Assembly (NCBI GenBank): GCA_030704615.1 | Contig: CM060734.1 | Coordinates: 57,908,001 to 57,972,000, forward strand | Origin: Takakia lepidozioides | Taxonomy: Eukaryota; Plantae; Bryophyta | Direction: 5' to 3' | DNA: 64,000 nt | Shown here: piece by piece, positions 24,897-36,639 of the stretch | Position numbering within the stretch: position 1 is the stretch's first letter | Layout: every line of letters starts with the position of its first letter | The notes under the pieces: model-generated | Told to the model about the DNA's origin: nothing | The model's input: only the letters and a program-made list of their open reading frames with translations | Databases searched by the model: none | Program-made: the position numbers and the translations under genes

Positions 24897-27800
24897 CTAT
24901 GTGCTCCTATCTCGCTGCATACGTGTATTCACCTCGTTGAAACTCATGGTCGCTTGGTGAATGAAGATGTCGCATCTCGGATCACATACCATTTTGTTCA
25001 AGAAGATAAAATACAGATGCTTGCAGGATATAAATTTGCCTGTCTTTCCCAAACTTGTTGTAAGCATGCCAACAAAATATGGACAGGTGCAGTTGGGGAA
25101 ATTTGAAATTGCGATGTCGTACAATCGGTCGTGCATAGCGGATGTGGAGGTCATCATAGTGTAGATTCGTCCATACCCGGGATGTGGAACTTCCATAGTG
25201 CCTGTAACACGACCTTGAAGCATTCGAGCGGATTCCACCTTGCCGAAATGCTCGGCAGTCGAAGGGAAACGACGAACCAGCTTCCCATTTCGTTTTGTTG
25301 GTCATGCATCAGCGTTCGGTGGTGGCACTCCAGAACTTGCTGAAGTAGAAGCACCTGCATGTAGAGAGGGGGCTCGCTGAAGGGAGAAGCCTGCCTCCTC
25401 CAGCATGGCAATCTCGTGAGTTGTGAGATGTGTCCCCACCTTCACAGGCCAAACGCTTGGTGGAGGAGGCTTCATGACAACCGATGGTCGCACAGTCCCA
25501 CGCACGCACCTACCACAGTCGTCAGGGCAAAACCATAATTTGTGGTTCTTCGCCTCGGCTTGCCCGTAAGGCGTGAACAAACCAGTGAAGGTCGGAGCCG
25601 GAGTGCGGACCTTGCCTCTGGATATGGAGGACTTGCATTTCTCACGATTGGTTGCTCTGATTGCCGTGCACTTCACTCGAGACCCAGCAGTGGTGCGTTC
25701 TATGTGCCAGACTTCGTCGGGGCACATGGACTCCACCACAGGGGGGAGCACATTCGTCTCCTGCCCCATTGCACTCACTATGGGAGATGGCTGCCTTTGG
25801 CTTTGTGACAAAGGATCCTCCGCACTGGATATGCCGGAAACGAACCTTTGATGAAATGGAACACGCGGCATGGAGAAGTTGTCCCTGTCCGGCCTGTGGG
25901 AGTCCGCATCCGACCCAGGAGGGGTGTTCAATTTTCATTTACAAGACCCAAATCTCTCCTCACCCTCCAGATGGGGAACTCTGGACACCAGTGGAGTTCC
26001 TTCCGCACACATGCTGACAGCCTTGGCAATCTTGTTCGGATCCCCTGATCTTCTTGCTGCTCGCAACATCAACTCGGACTTGTCTGGACCCTTGCCACCA
26101 ACGCCACCCCGCAAGAACTCCCGATATCTCGTCTGTTGCAGTAGAGCTCGAATCAGATCATCTGTCGTCGCCACATACAAATCCCGGCCCCGCTTTCCAG
26201 ATTGTTGCAACCATACATTGTGCACCGTCTCCGCCAGATTGCAAGAGGGCATGTCCGCCATCTCCTCAATTGAGAAGTGCTGCAAAATGGAAAAAAATAT
26301 ATCAGAAAGAGGACAGGCACACCCCACCACAACAGACATGATTGGAAATGGATACAAAGTCAATGAAATTTTCAAGTTTTCAAATGCACGCACCGTTGTC
26401 ATGCATGCTCCCCATTGTCTGTACTGAAAGTGCCAAAATGCCAGCCAGTCTTCTAGCGCTCTCATACTGTCTTCTGATGCAGCCCCAGATGAGAACCACC
26501 AGGCACGAATTGTCTGGAACAATTTATCGCCTCTACCATGCTTTTCGCATCTTTGTACTGTTTGGCCTAAGATGAATAGGCTGCATTTCCAGTTTGATGT
26601 CTGCATTTGTATGTTTCTCAAGGGACTGGGTCCAATGGAAAAGACATGTTCGCTCTCTTCCTGGCATTGGCACCTTTGGATCTCCTGATCCAAACACAAT
26701 GTGAATAGATTGAAGTTCGCTTGAGCACTGTCTGCCATAAATCCGGTGAAATTTGGACATGGGACACCTTGGGAGTCCATAACGCGAATGAGACTTCTCC
26801 ACATTAGCTGCTGTGAATCCGCATCCTCTAATTGCATGTCACACACTGCAATTGTCATGACTCGCTGGTAGAAAGGATCGTAAATATGACACGCCATTGT
26901 AGTCCAGTCTTTCACTCGTTTGACGTGATCAAACATAAGGAAACAGTTCTGAAGATCGCCACCCTTCTGCATGCGCTTCACAAGACTGACTCCGCTGCCT
27001 TCCCCGGCTGTGGACATTTTGAAAACGTACACTTTGTTCGACCCTTGACCTGGGAACACACTCGCTTGTCATACCTGCTCCATCGCTTCAACTCGAAAAT
27101 GTTATCAACGTACCCTCTGTTAGTAGAGCCCATCCTCAATGCATTCACCTGGTTTTTAATGTTCGGCGAGCTCAAGGTAGAGAAGTGATCCATAACATTG
27201 TCCAAGGCTGACCCGTCGAGTTTCCTGCCCACAGAATCTCCTTCACTAAGAATATGGGTTTCCAGGAAAGTCTTGCTTGCTCCAAGAACAATTGTGGAGG
27301 TGGTGGCTGTTGGATTGCTCTCATACTCTTGTCTTATCAACCTGGATACTGTTTCAACGCTTTCCCTGTAATCCCCCTTCGACATTGGATGGTTGTGGAA
27401 AAGGTTGGAAAATGGTGCACCACATAGTACATTCTTGCTCCACACACTGCCACACAGGAAGGCACTCGTTTGCAGAACTTGCAAACGAAAGTGTTGGAGC
27501 TTGGAGGTGCTTCACCGGGCTTGAAAGGATTCTCGGCGACACTCTCCCACTCACTCTGGTTCTGAACCTTTGACCGCAGGAAATGTCTGCAACTCAAATT
27601 CTCGCACCTCAGGTGCCCATTGCACACCGCTCTTCTGAACACGAGCTTGTCATCATTTTGAATATTGGATGTCTTCGTTCTGCACCATGGGTGTCCATCG
27701 TGTCTCTTGTCCATTCCGTGCATGAGGCTCAAAACGGGTCCACCCCGCCCAAGTGGAGGCAGCTCGAAGACGACATCCCCATCAAAAGATTATGGAAGGT

Positions 27801-28369
27801 ACTTCACACGCTCAACAGGGACAATGTCCCAGTCAATCCCCCGCAATTCACTCTTGAAATCGGGCATTCCTCCCATTGACTTCAGCTTTAGGAATGACAC
27901 TACACAAGTCCTTCAATTCCGGCACCACGACCACCGGAGAAGGAGCAAGAAAAGGAATTTTCAGGACGTCCTCCTCCGAGGAGTCGGAGAGCTCAACAAT
28001 TAGTCTAGAAGTTGTGGGCTCCGTCTTCACGACCACATTCCTCTTGTCTTGAACAACAGAAGCAGCAGTTCCCGGGGTCACATACGAACCAATCGACTGC
28101 CGGCGAGGAGCTCCAAGGACTCTGTATCTTCCTGGAGGAACTCTCCACTGACTCATAAGTGCGTTTTCATCCGGTTTCTGGAAAACATACTTCTTCAACT
28201 TCCCATCGTCACCATAAACCTCTCTTTCCAGCCACACAGTACCATACTGGAACTCGAAACGCGTTGCTAGGAGATGTTCCTCCGCAATTGCAAAACCATT
28301 GTCATCGGTCTCCTTCGAGAAAGGTATTGGTTTCTCCACAGAGTAAAACTCCGCTTCGGAGGAAGCCAT
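24897..28369 (-). pseudogene. MULE-family DDE transposase with N-terminal GCM-like Zn DNA-binding domain and C-terminal SWIM finger (frameshifted)
   Basis: GCM-like: DGHPWCRTKTSNI...RRAVCNGHLRC...C...CKFC...C...HNHP (27337-27732 region). DDE core: MFDHVKR...FMADSAQAN, CxxH (ERTCLFHW), NLAETVHNVW. SWIM: CTCPYF...CKHLYFIF (24897-25238). Confidence 0.82.
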
Positions 28370-29128
28370 GTTGCTGCAAGAGAAAATTCCCTCGCAGTAG
28401 TGCGGAAGCCACAACTTCTGTGCGGATTCTTGTTACAAATGATAGTGGGGATTACATTTCTCATGCTTTGCATTTCAGACCGAAACCCAAAAGTCAGTCA
28501 CCTTTACTAACGAGGTCGGCAAAGGACAACACGTCATGTATGTCCCAAACCGTTCTGGAAGGGTCAGCCAAGACCTGTTTTTAAAGCTGACATACCGTTA
28601 AAGAGCCTTTCAGAAACAGTTGTCAAAACAGTTCATAAAACAGTTGTTATGCAGTTATGTGCCTTTACAGACACATGTGAAATGACGGCGGAGACCGACA
28701 TCCCATGCCACCCCAATGTGTTCAGCCACATGGTACCCGACATGCATTGAGTATAGGGTTTAAGAGGAATCGCCGTTGAACGAATGGAAGATGTTCATCC
28801 GGGAGAATCCAAAAAATCTACTGAAATTAGTCATCCATCCGAATCAAATCCATGTGATGGCCATACCTCCATAATGAAAGACAGCGGCCACCGCAGAATA
28901 TACGAGTGTGCCGTTAGGAGGGGGACACATATGCAGTGAATACATGCATAACCACCAAGAGCGATGCCCCGCTGCTACTCATCGCACGACGTCTCTCATT
29001 CCAGTAGATCGTAGTTTTTTAAGCTGGAGAGTAGTGGGAGACAGAGTTTCGCGCAAGAGAGTGGAAGGCGTAGAAGACAGTCATTCTTTTTTACTTCAGC
29101 GCGAGAGAGGAAGAAGGCAAGAGAGAGA

Positions 29129-32100
29129 ATGAAAGGCCGAAAGCTCAACATGACACTGAAGGAGATCGCAGAGGAGAGCGCAGCCCTGGAAACCGAACAT
29201 ATGGCGGTGGAGGACCAGCCGCCAGCTCGTGATGAAGTTGGGGACGAGACTGCGTGAGAGGACGACACAGACGCTATGGACACAGACGAGGCAGACACTC
29301 TTGCGAAGGAATCCACGCCGAAGGGTAAGAACGTCGTGGTGGAGGAGGCGATGCCGAAGGTTAAGAAGGCTGCCGTTGTTGCCACATCAAAGGCATCTGG
29401 GAGTTCTTCGGCAAAAGGACCTCAGGTGATTCTCTTACTTGCCATTTTCTGTCAAGTTTCCAGGGCATGAAATTTGCGTGCATTGGCGCACGCAATTTTC
29501 TTGCCCTCTATTCTGCTTTTTTTTGCTTGATCGTTCAGAGTAAGACCACAGGGATGCAGGCAATGCATAACAACCAAACCCGGGTATGACCCACTTCTCA
29601 CTTTCCATGTACTGCATAGGAGGAGGGACAGCTGAGATTAGAGTTCGACAGCTGAGAGAAGGCCATACAAAGAACCTCAAGAAAATAAGTGCGTCAACGC
29701 ACGCAATTTCTGAATGTTCTCTCTTTGACCTTCTCTCAGCTGTGCTGAGTTAACAGAGACAGAAAAGCCCTGAATAGGCAAAAAAGTGAGTGCGAGAGAA
29801 CCGCCAGAAACTGCGTGCGTTGACACACTCATTTTTCTGGAGGTTCTCTGTATGGCCTTCTCGCAGCTGTGCTGTGTTAACAGAGACAGAATCCCTGAAT
29901 AGGCAGAAAAGTCAGTGTGAGAGAACCCCCAGAAATTGCGTGCGTCAACGCACGCAGTTTCTGGAGGTTCTCTCACACTCACCTTTTTGCCTATTCAGGG
30001 AGATTAGATTAAATGTCTGCTGCATACTTTTATGGAAGAGAGTAGATTGACTTTGGGTATGAAGTAGGCCAAGAAATGAGTACCTTTCAGAGGGTGGAAA
30101 ATTGCGTGCGTTGAAGCACGCAATTTCTCATAAGTCTTTTACATTCGTAACCTTTCGTTTTGAGTGCCGACGAAGAAAATGAAAGGTGTTGCTCAGGTAG
30201 AGGACGAAGTCATTGAGCAGGAATTGGTGGTTGTTGAGGAGGAGGACGATGGCAAGCCATACGAAGACAGAGCGAAAGATCTGCTTTCCTTCTCCAAAGT
30301 GAATTCTGCCCAAGTCATCAAGGCCATGGGCGTCCCTGGGGGAAAAACAATGATACCCCTATGCCGTTTGATCTCCATGCACTTCGTTCGACCAGCTCTG
30401 ACGAACGACATTCAAAAGTTGGAACAGGATTTTTGCCATGGATACATAGAGGGTCAATCTGTTTTTTACGTGTCCTTGGCAGACTCCTCTGGCAGAGAGG
30501 TGTTGGTGGACGAGTCCATTGTTGGAGGTTGGGATCCTATCTGGCGACAGATAAACAATGAGTTCGAATCTATCATTTGCAAGAGGCTCGTCACCCAGCC
30601 TTTCTCTGGCAAGATGTTTCATGTGTGGGATGGCAACCACCGATTGCTTGCCTGGAGGAACATGATCGAGAGATATCATAGCACCGAGGAGGAGTGGCAC
30701 TACTCTGTGGCCTCAATGGTGCTGGATCCCAAGGGAAACATCACAACACTGTTGACGGCAATGCATGACGTTAACAAGTAAGTGTCTTCTTCACCTGTTA
30801 TTGTCCGCATTTTTTCCTTCACTGTCTGTTTGCTTTTAGCACTCACTGACGACACACCACTGTATGTGACAGGGGAACTGAAACTGCCCATGTGACAACG
30901 AACCTTCTTCACACACTATTCAGGATCCAGAATATCGGCCAGATGCCCCTCAATTCATTCAAGAGCATCTTGAGTGCGGAGTCATTCAAGAAATGTTTGA
31001 CATCGAAAACGTCAGATACTTGGTACAAGCTGACGAGGGAAGCATTCATGGAGTACATGTACACTGTAAGTATTCCATCGCTCTGGCCTTCCATTGTTTG
31101 TTGGGATATTGTCAGTAACAAGTGATCTCATTTCGGATTACGTTTTGCAGCAAGAAATAGCTGAAGCTGGAGAGAAAGGAAAAACGAAGTACTATTTGAA
31201 AACCCTGAAGGGTCTGAGGACGTCCAAGGGAGTGGCGGAAGCCATGAAGTTTACGATGAATGAGATACGGAAGAAGCTCATGAGCGCTTTCGTGAAACAG
31301 CTGAGAATAGCTGACCCTGATTTTGGTCCCGAGTTTCTTAACCAGGTGAGGATCCACTCGAACAATAACACCAAACCGGAGATGACACAGGAAAAGCTTC
31401 ACCGGTTGTCAACTACAGCTGTGGAAGCTGACCAGAAAGTGAAATGGTTGGAGATTTGGAATTCCGACCCAACTGTCAAGGATACATACTGCTTCCCTAG
31501 GGGTGAAAGAGATGAGAACACCGGGCACATCAAACCCTTCAGCGACCAAGTTCTTGATATATGGTTGCACAAAGCCACCTACTGGAGCCAGGTACTTTTC
31601 AGGACTTTCTGTGCTTGATATTTTTTAGAAGATCTTCCCATGAATGGACTCTAACCCATGCATATGTATACCTGCAGATTGAAGCTCGTGCAAACAAGGT
31701 GATGGAGAAACAGCTTTATGACTACAAAATTACCATGACCGTGCCCGAGGACACTCTGGAGGATTACTTGAGGCAGTGGAAGGCCACAGCTTGGAGCAAC
31801 TGCTTCTTCAGAGAGTTTTCCCGAGATGGAGGAATCTCCCGAACAAATGATTTTGACCAGCAGTACGGGGCGGAGGGAGCCATGAAGAGGGTCCTATACA
31901 GGTTCGTTAATTTTGTCTTATGTTTGAAAACATTCTTTGGCAATCAGTAGACAGGCAGTTTGTGGCCATGAAAAATTGCGTGCGCCAACGCACGCAATTT
32001 TAGAGGGCCACAAACTCAAATGTGCTCTCTCCTCCATCATGGATTGAAATGTTTCGTTGGCACTTTTGAATGGAATATCTGTCTGCCGAAAAGGGGATAA

Positions 32101-32890
32101 TTTTCTGCATATGGACCCTTTGTTTTCTCCTGTTCTTGCATATGGTACTTTGCTTGTGTATTTCGGTTGCCTCATGCTCAAGAATTTGTGCACCCCAAAC
32201 TGTGTGCGTCGACGCACGCATTTTGGGAGGGCCGCAGTATATGTTTTTTTGCCTTCAATGTCTAAAAGTGCACCTCTTTTGTTTTGTAGGTATATCAAGA
32301 ACGTGCTCATTCCGGGAAAAAACCTCAGTAAATACCCTGCCTTCATCGACTTGTGGTCTGACCCCTCTAACAGTCAGACCATGTACACGGCAGCCATCCT
32401 TAGAGACTACGGGAGATATCACCTGAAACACTGCTGCTGGTATCTCGACATTCCGAAATCAGATTGCCCCTGGTATGAGTTGCAAACACGGAACCAGAAC
32501 GACAATGAGGAGTCTTTGGCCCCTCTTACTGACAAGGAATTGCATGAGAGGAATCTGCGAAACCTCGCTGAAAAAGAACCCGCATCCAACAAAACTCATG
32601 CGAGAGGGAAGGGAAAGGGAAAGGGTACAAAGGACAAAGGGAAGGAGAAGGCCACCCAAGGGGAGACTGCGGGGGGTGAGGTAGCGCAGACCCCAATTGC
32701 AAACAAGGAACGAAAACGTAAGGGGAGGATTGAGCCATACGACGCAGTGGAGCACCCATCCAGAATCCAGCGAGAATGTAAATGCGAGATTGTGAATGAT
32801 TCATTCCTTGCCATGATGGAAGCAAAAAATCTGGTTACACTGGAGAACCCTCTCAAACTTGGGGCAAGCTGTGTGCATTCCTTGACTCGA
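29129..32890 (+). pseudogene. ParB/Srx-like domain TE accessory gene (5' part; MTase half missing), exons ~29129-29425, 30164-30777, 30873-31065, 31151-31591, 31678-31902, 32291-32888
   Basis: IPLCRLISMHFVRPALTNDIQKLEQDFCHGY and FHVWDGNHRLLAW are ParB/Srx-like signatures. Colinear and highly similar to 61390-63997(-). In-frame TGA in exon 1; frameshift and mutated donor at ~32830-32890. Confidence 0.75.
29649..30000. repeat. Three ~125-bp tandem units, each centred on the TGCG-N4-CGCA palindrome; units 1 and 3 form long hairpins
   Basis: Centres at ~29695, ~29821 and ~29946. 29893-30000 is a 108-bp near-perfect inverted repeat (CCCTGAATAGGCA...TGCCTATTCAGGG). Confidence 0.85.
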
Positions 32891-32940
32891 TAAGCCAATT
32901 CCCACTGTTTGTCTCCTTTACTGTTTTCCCTTTTGGATAG

Positions 32941-33465
32941 TTATTTAGCCTTCTTCATGTTGCCCGACACTTTTTGGAACTCCTCTGTCTGCCAATAACT
33001 TACAAGCTTGTTCCATGTGTCATCAGATACAATAATGGGTTTCCCCTTGCCACTCAACCACGCAGTGTGTGAATCAAAACATTGGCTCTTCATTATACGA
33101 CCAATCGTTTCTTTTAGGTGGCGGTCAGTCAACTGCTTTGGCGTATATGAAAATAGCTTAGCCAGGTGATCTCTGATTTTGTGTACAAGTTCATCAGGTT
33201 GGTTGTTGATGGGAAGGGAACAATCTAGCTTACAAAGAGCCTGTCCTTTAAGGGCAGCATGCCATACATTCCGTGTCTGACCATACGGGGCTCCTTTGGT
33301 GTTCGTCATAACTACCGTCGGAGGAAGACCTGCAGCTATCCTCTCTTCCTTCACCTTCACAGCCTCAACTTTGGCTGTGCTATTAGCCCTCGTATTGGTT
33401 CTATCTTTCTTTGTATTGGCACCCTCCCCTCCTTCAGAGACCTCCGTTTGCACATGAGAATTCAC
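32941..33465 (-). mobile_element. CACTA/En-Spm (Transposase_24/Ptta-like) gene fragment
   Basis: KPIIVSDDTWNKLVSYWQTEEFQKVSGNMKKAK matches the WxxLxxxWxxxExxxxSxxxK pattern of plant En/Spm accessory proteins. Confidence 0.6.
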
Positions 33466-33579
33466 GGCAGGATCCCGCCAAGTAGGGACTGGTGGCCATG
33501 GCTGTTGGCCAGAAGGCCGAGGACCATACTGGCCATACTGTCCATAAGAAGGAGGATAGTCTAGTGGTCTGCCACCCCT

Positions 33580-33810
33580 CGGCGCACACTAGAAAAGATC
33601 CGGGAGTTTAATGCGAGCCCTTCGGTCCTGCCTGCGTGGCACCCCCCCCCTCGCCCCCAATAGCCCCCCCCCTCCTCTGGCTCCCGACTGCGAGCTCACG
33701 CGGCTTGCGGTCGCCGCGGCCCGCCCCCCGCTCTGCCCTCCCCTCGCCATCCCCCCTCGCCCCCCCCCCCCCCCCCCCCGCGCCCGTCCCCCATCCGTCA
33801 CCCCATGGAA
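33580..33810. repeat. Second copy of the dispersed terminus seen at 12468, with long poly-C tracts
   Basis: Direct sequence match to 12468-12585. Confidence 0.7.
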
Positions 33811-34019
33811 TGTCGGTTATACACATGATACATGTAGGTCATGCACCCAGCCATGCCAGATGTCAGATGTGGTCATGAACATAACATGAGCCCATAGTGA
33901 GACTGAAGCCAACACATGCATGGTTACACATGCCTACCCAAGTTTGAATTTGAAATTTAATATTATTTAATGGACATGACTATTCGTCTACTTGTGGGAT
34001 TTAGGATCAATGTGTGTAG

Positions 34020-34150
34020 GTATGGATGGATGAGAGTAGGATGGATGTGCAATAAGATGGATGAGAGTAGGATGTATGTGTAATCAGATGGATGAGAGTA
34101 GGATGGATGTGTAATCAGATGGATGAGAGTACGAATGGATGTGTAATCAG
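34020..34150 (+). repeat. About 30-bp tandem minisatellite (GATGGATGAGAGTAGGATGGATGTGTAATCA)
   Basis: About 4 imperfect copies. Confidence 0.75.
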
Positions 34151-34509
34151 AGGCGAGTCTCCATGGAATCACCCTCCTACAGCTTCGTGTCTGAAACGGT
34201 TCTGTCACCAGGAAACCTTACGTTCAGCCTGTATCAGCACCGCCTCATCTTTCAAATCGACATGTTGGTTGGCGAGAAATCTGAAGCCATCGTGTCCCAT
34301 CTTGTTTTGCTGCTTCGAAACCAAGTGCAAGTGCCAAATGTAGGTGCTTTCAACCATCATGTACTACAGTGGCGTTTGCAATGGCATGGCAAGCCTCCTG
34401 GCCAAGACTCAGCCCAAGTCGCCTACATTCCATGGAATGGCGTTGCTGATTTCATTACCGGGGAATCCTTCCGTACAGATGGCCCATGCACTTTCCACAG
34501 GCATCACCA

Positions 34510-34960
34510 AAGAGTCCTTGCCCCTGTCACAAACTGGAAAACAGGGAAGTTTTATGCCTAACTTCATTTTCACCAGACAGCCTAAGGGCATCAGACCTTG
34601 CTTTGGATACAACCCCCAGGTCCAGGTCAGCTTCATCCAGTAGGGTCGATTTTGCGGGACTAACAAGATATTTTAAAATCTCTTCTACCCTTTCCCACCG
34701 AGACTTTTAGCCTGTTTAACAGGATGGTCTTGCTTCCAAGAAATAACGTCGATCTTAGGGTATATAGTATTAGACATGAGATTCAACTTACCCCCCCATC
34801 TGACCCTGAATTCATCTGTCAAGAGCTTAAGGGACGTATGCCAAACTCGCCCCAAAACAGCCACAGTAGCTATTTTAGAACAGCTTTCTTTGAGCACTGC
34901 GACCTGAATGGATTCTAGAGACTTATAATTTTCGACCCACATACAGATGCATACTCCAAG
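34510..34960 (-). mobile_element. LINE fragment homologous to 48150-48420
   Basis: ISWKQDHPVKQAKS vs ISWKQELSPVKQAKS; GAAGTTAGGCA(T/C)AAAACTTCCC is shared. Confidence 0.7.
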
Positions 34961-35588
34961 GCAGGCCTACTAGTGTTGCAAAGTGTGGTCCTTTTAACTT
35001 TAGTATTAATCCCTCTGCAGTGGAAAATTTTACTTAGACCCAAAGCTTTGTGTTTATCTGATTGTATCACTTTTTGCATCTGTGCATTCTAGTTATAGCT
35101 CGAGGAAATCTCAACACCAAGGGAAGGAGAGATATTATCTGCAGGAAAGGGAGAGGGTAGGGCGGGAATAAAAGAAAGACAGACAGAATACCTGCATCTT
35201 GAATGGAGAAACACATGGGTGGCTTTACTCTGAAGACATTTCCATGAAGGCCTCATTTTCCCACAAGCACTCCGAGGTCTGCAAATTAACACGTTACCCT
35301 ATTAATGACCAAAATGCTAACTTATTGGTTCTCTACAGCACATATAAAAGGAAGGTAAGCAAGATGCCGCACCCTTCAACTGCTCCATAAGAAGAACAAC
35401 TTCTGCCTTTGCTGCCTGCCTGTCCGTAACAAGCTCCACTCCAAGCATAAGACCCCTTCCCCGTACATGCCCTATAACTGCACCATATGCGAATTCCTGT
35501 CATTCCACTTGAATGACCTAAACACAGCTGCAACGTTGAATGCTGCATGGAGCCACACAATGAGGCAACCCAAATTCAAGAAGAGGGG

Positions 35589-36449
35589 AAAATAGAAGAA
35601 TCACCCTGCTTAATTCACACACTTCACAATGTTCGCAGAAAGCTTCTCAATCCAGTAAAAAACCACAGACCAAATGGGAAAAAGCAATTCAAATCAAGCA
35701 AGAACCCATAAACAAATGGGAAGACATAAGAAAAATAACTCTTCCTATGGGGAGGATTGAGAAATAGAAGAATCTCCCTGCTTAATTCACACACTTCACA
35801 ATGTTCGCAGAGAGCTTCTCAATCCAGTAAAAAACCACAGACCAAATGGAAAAAAGCAATTCAAATCAAGCAAGAACCCATAAACAAATGGGAAGACATA
35901 AGAAAAATAACTCTTCCTATGGGGAGGATTGAGAAATAGAAGAATCTCCCTGCTTAATTCACACACTTCACAATGTTCGCAGAGAGCTTCTCAATCCAGT
36001 AAAAAACCACAGACCAAATGGAAAAAAGCAATTCAAATCAAGCAAGAACCCATAAACAAATGGGAAGACATAAGAAAAATAACTCTTCCTATGGGGAGGA
36101 TTGAGAAATAGAAGAATCTCCCTGCTTAATTCACACACTTCACAATGTTCGCAGAGAGCTTCTCAATCCAGTAAAAAACCACAGACCAAATGGAAAAAAG
36201 CAATTCAAATCAAGCAAGAACCCATAAACAAATGGGAAGACATAAGAAAAATAACTCTTCCTATGGGGAGGATTGAGAAATAGAAGAATCTCCCTGCTTA
36301 ATTCACACACTTCACAATGTTCACAGAGAGCTTCTCAATCCAGTAAAAAACCACAGACCAAATGGAAAAAGCAATCCAAATCAAACAAGAACCAATAACA
36401 AATGGAAAGACGAATAAGAAAAATAACTCTTCCTATGAGAAGGATTGAG
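35589..36449 (+). repeat. Tandem array of five 172-bp units
   Basis: Units start at ~35589, 35761, 35933, 36105 and 36277. The ORF track shows three identical 60-aa ORFs spaced 172 bp apart. Confidence 0.95.
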
Positions 36450-36639
36450 ATGTATGCATTCCCATTCTAGGGCAAAATTAGTCATAACATAATCTTTGAG
36501 GCCATAATTCCGAAAGGACAGTAACCATTCTGGAAGACTTGAGAGGCTTAAAACTTAAAACCTCCAGTCTATGAGCAAATTGTCCCAAGCTCCTTCATAG
36601 TCCAGTAACTCCAGGGAAGAGGAGACGTTTGTCGTAGCC

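Larger units (their letters stand above)
24430..32930. mobile_element. Mutator-like DNA transposon: GCM-MULE-SWIM transposase head-to-head with a ParB-MTase accessory gene; right end lost
   Basis: Contains the divergent genes 24897-28369(-) and 29129-32890(+). Putative terminal region at 24430-24670. Interrupted at ~32930 by a CACTA-type fragment. No TSD identified. Confidence 0.7.

Noticed and set aside
29470-30126. Regularly spaced palindromic repeats as a CRISPR array
   Set aside because: The spacers are themselves repeated or inverted copies of about 100 bp, the array lies in a spliceosomal intron, and no cas genes are present.
35757-36283. Three identical 60-aa ORFs as a peptide gene family
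   Set aside because: They are a by-product of the 172-bp tandem repeat, start at TTG and contain no recognisable motif.
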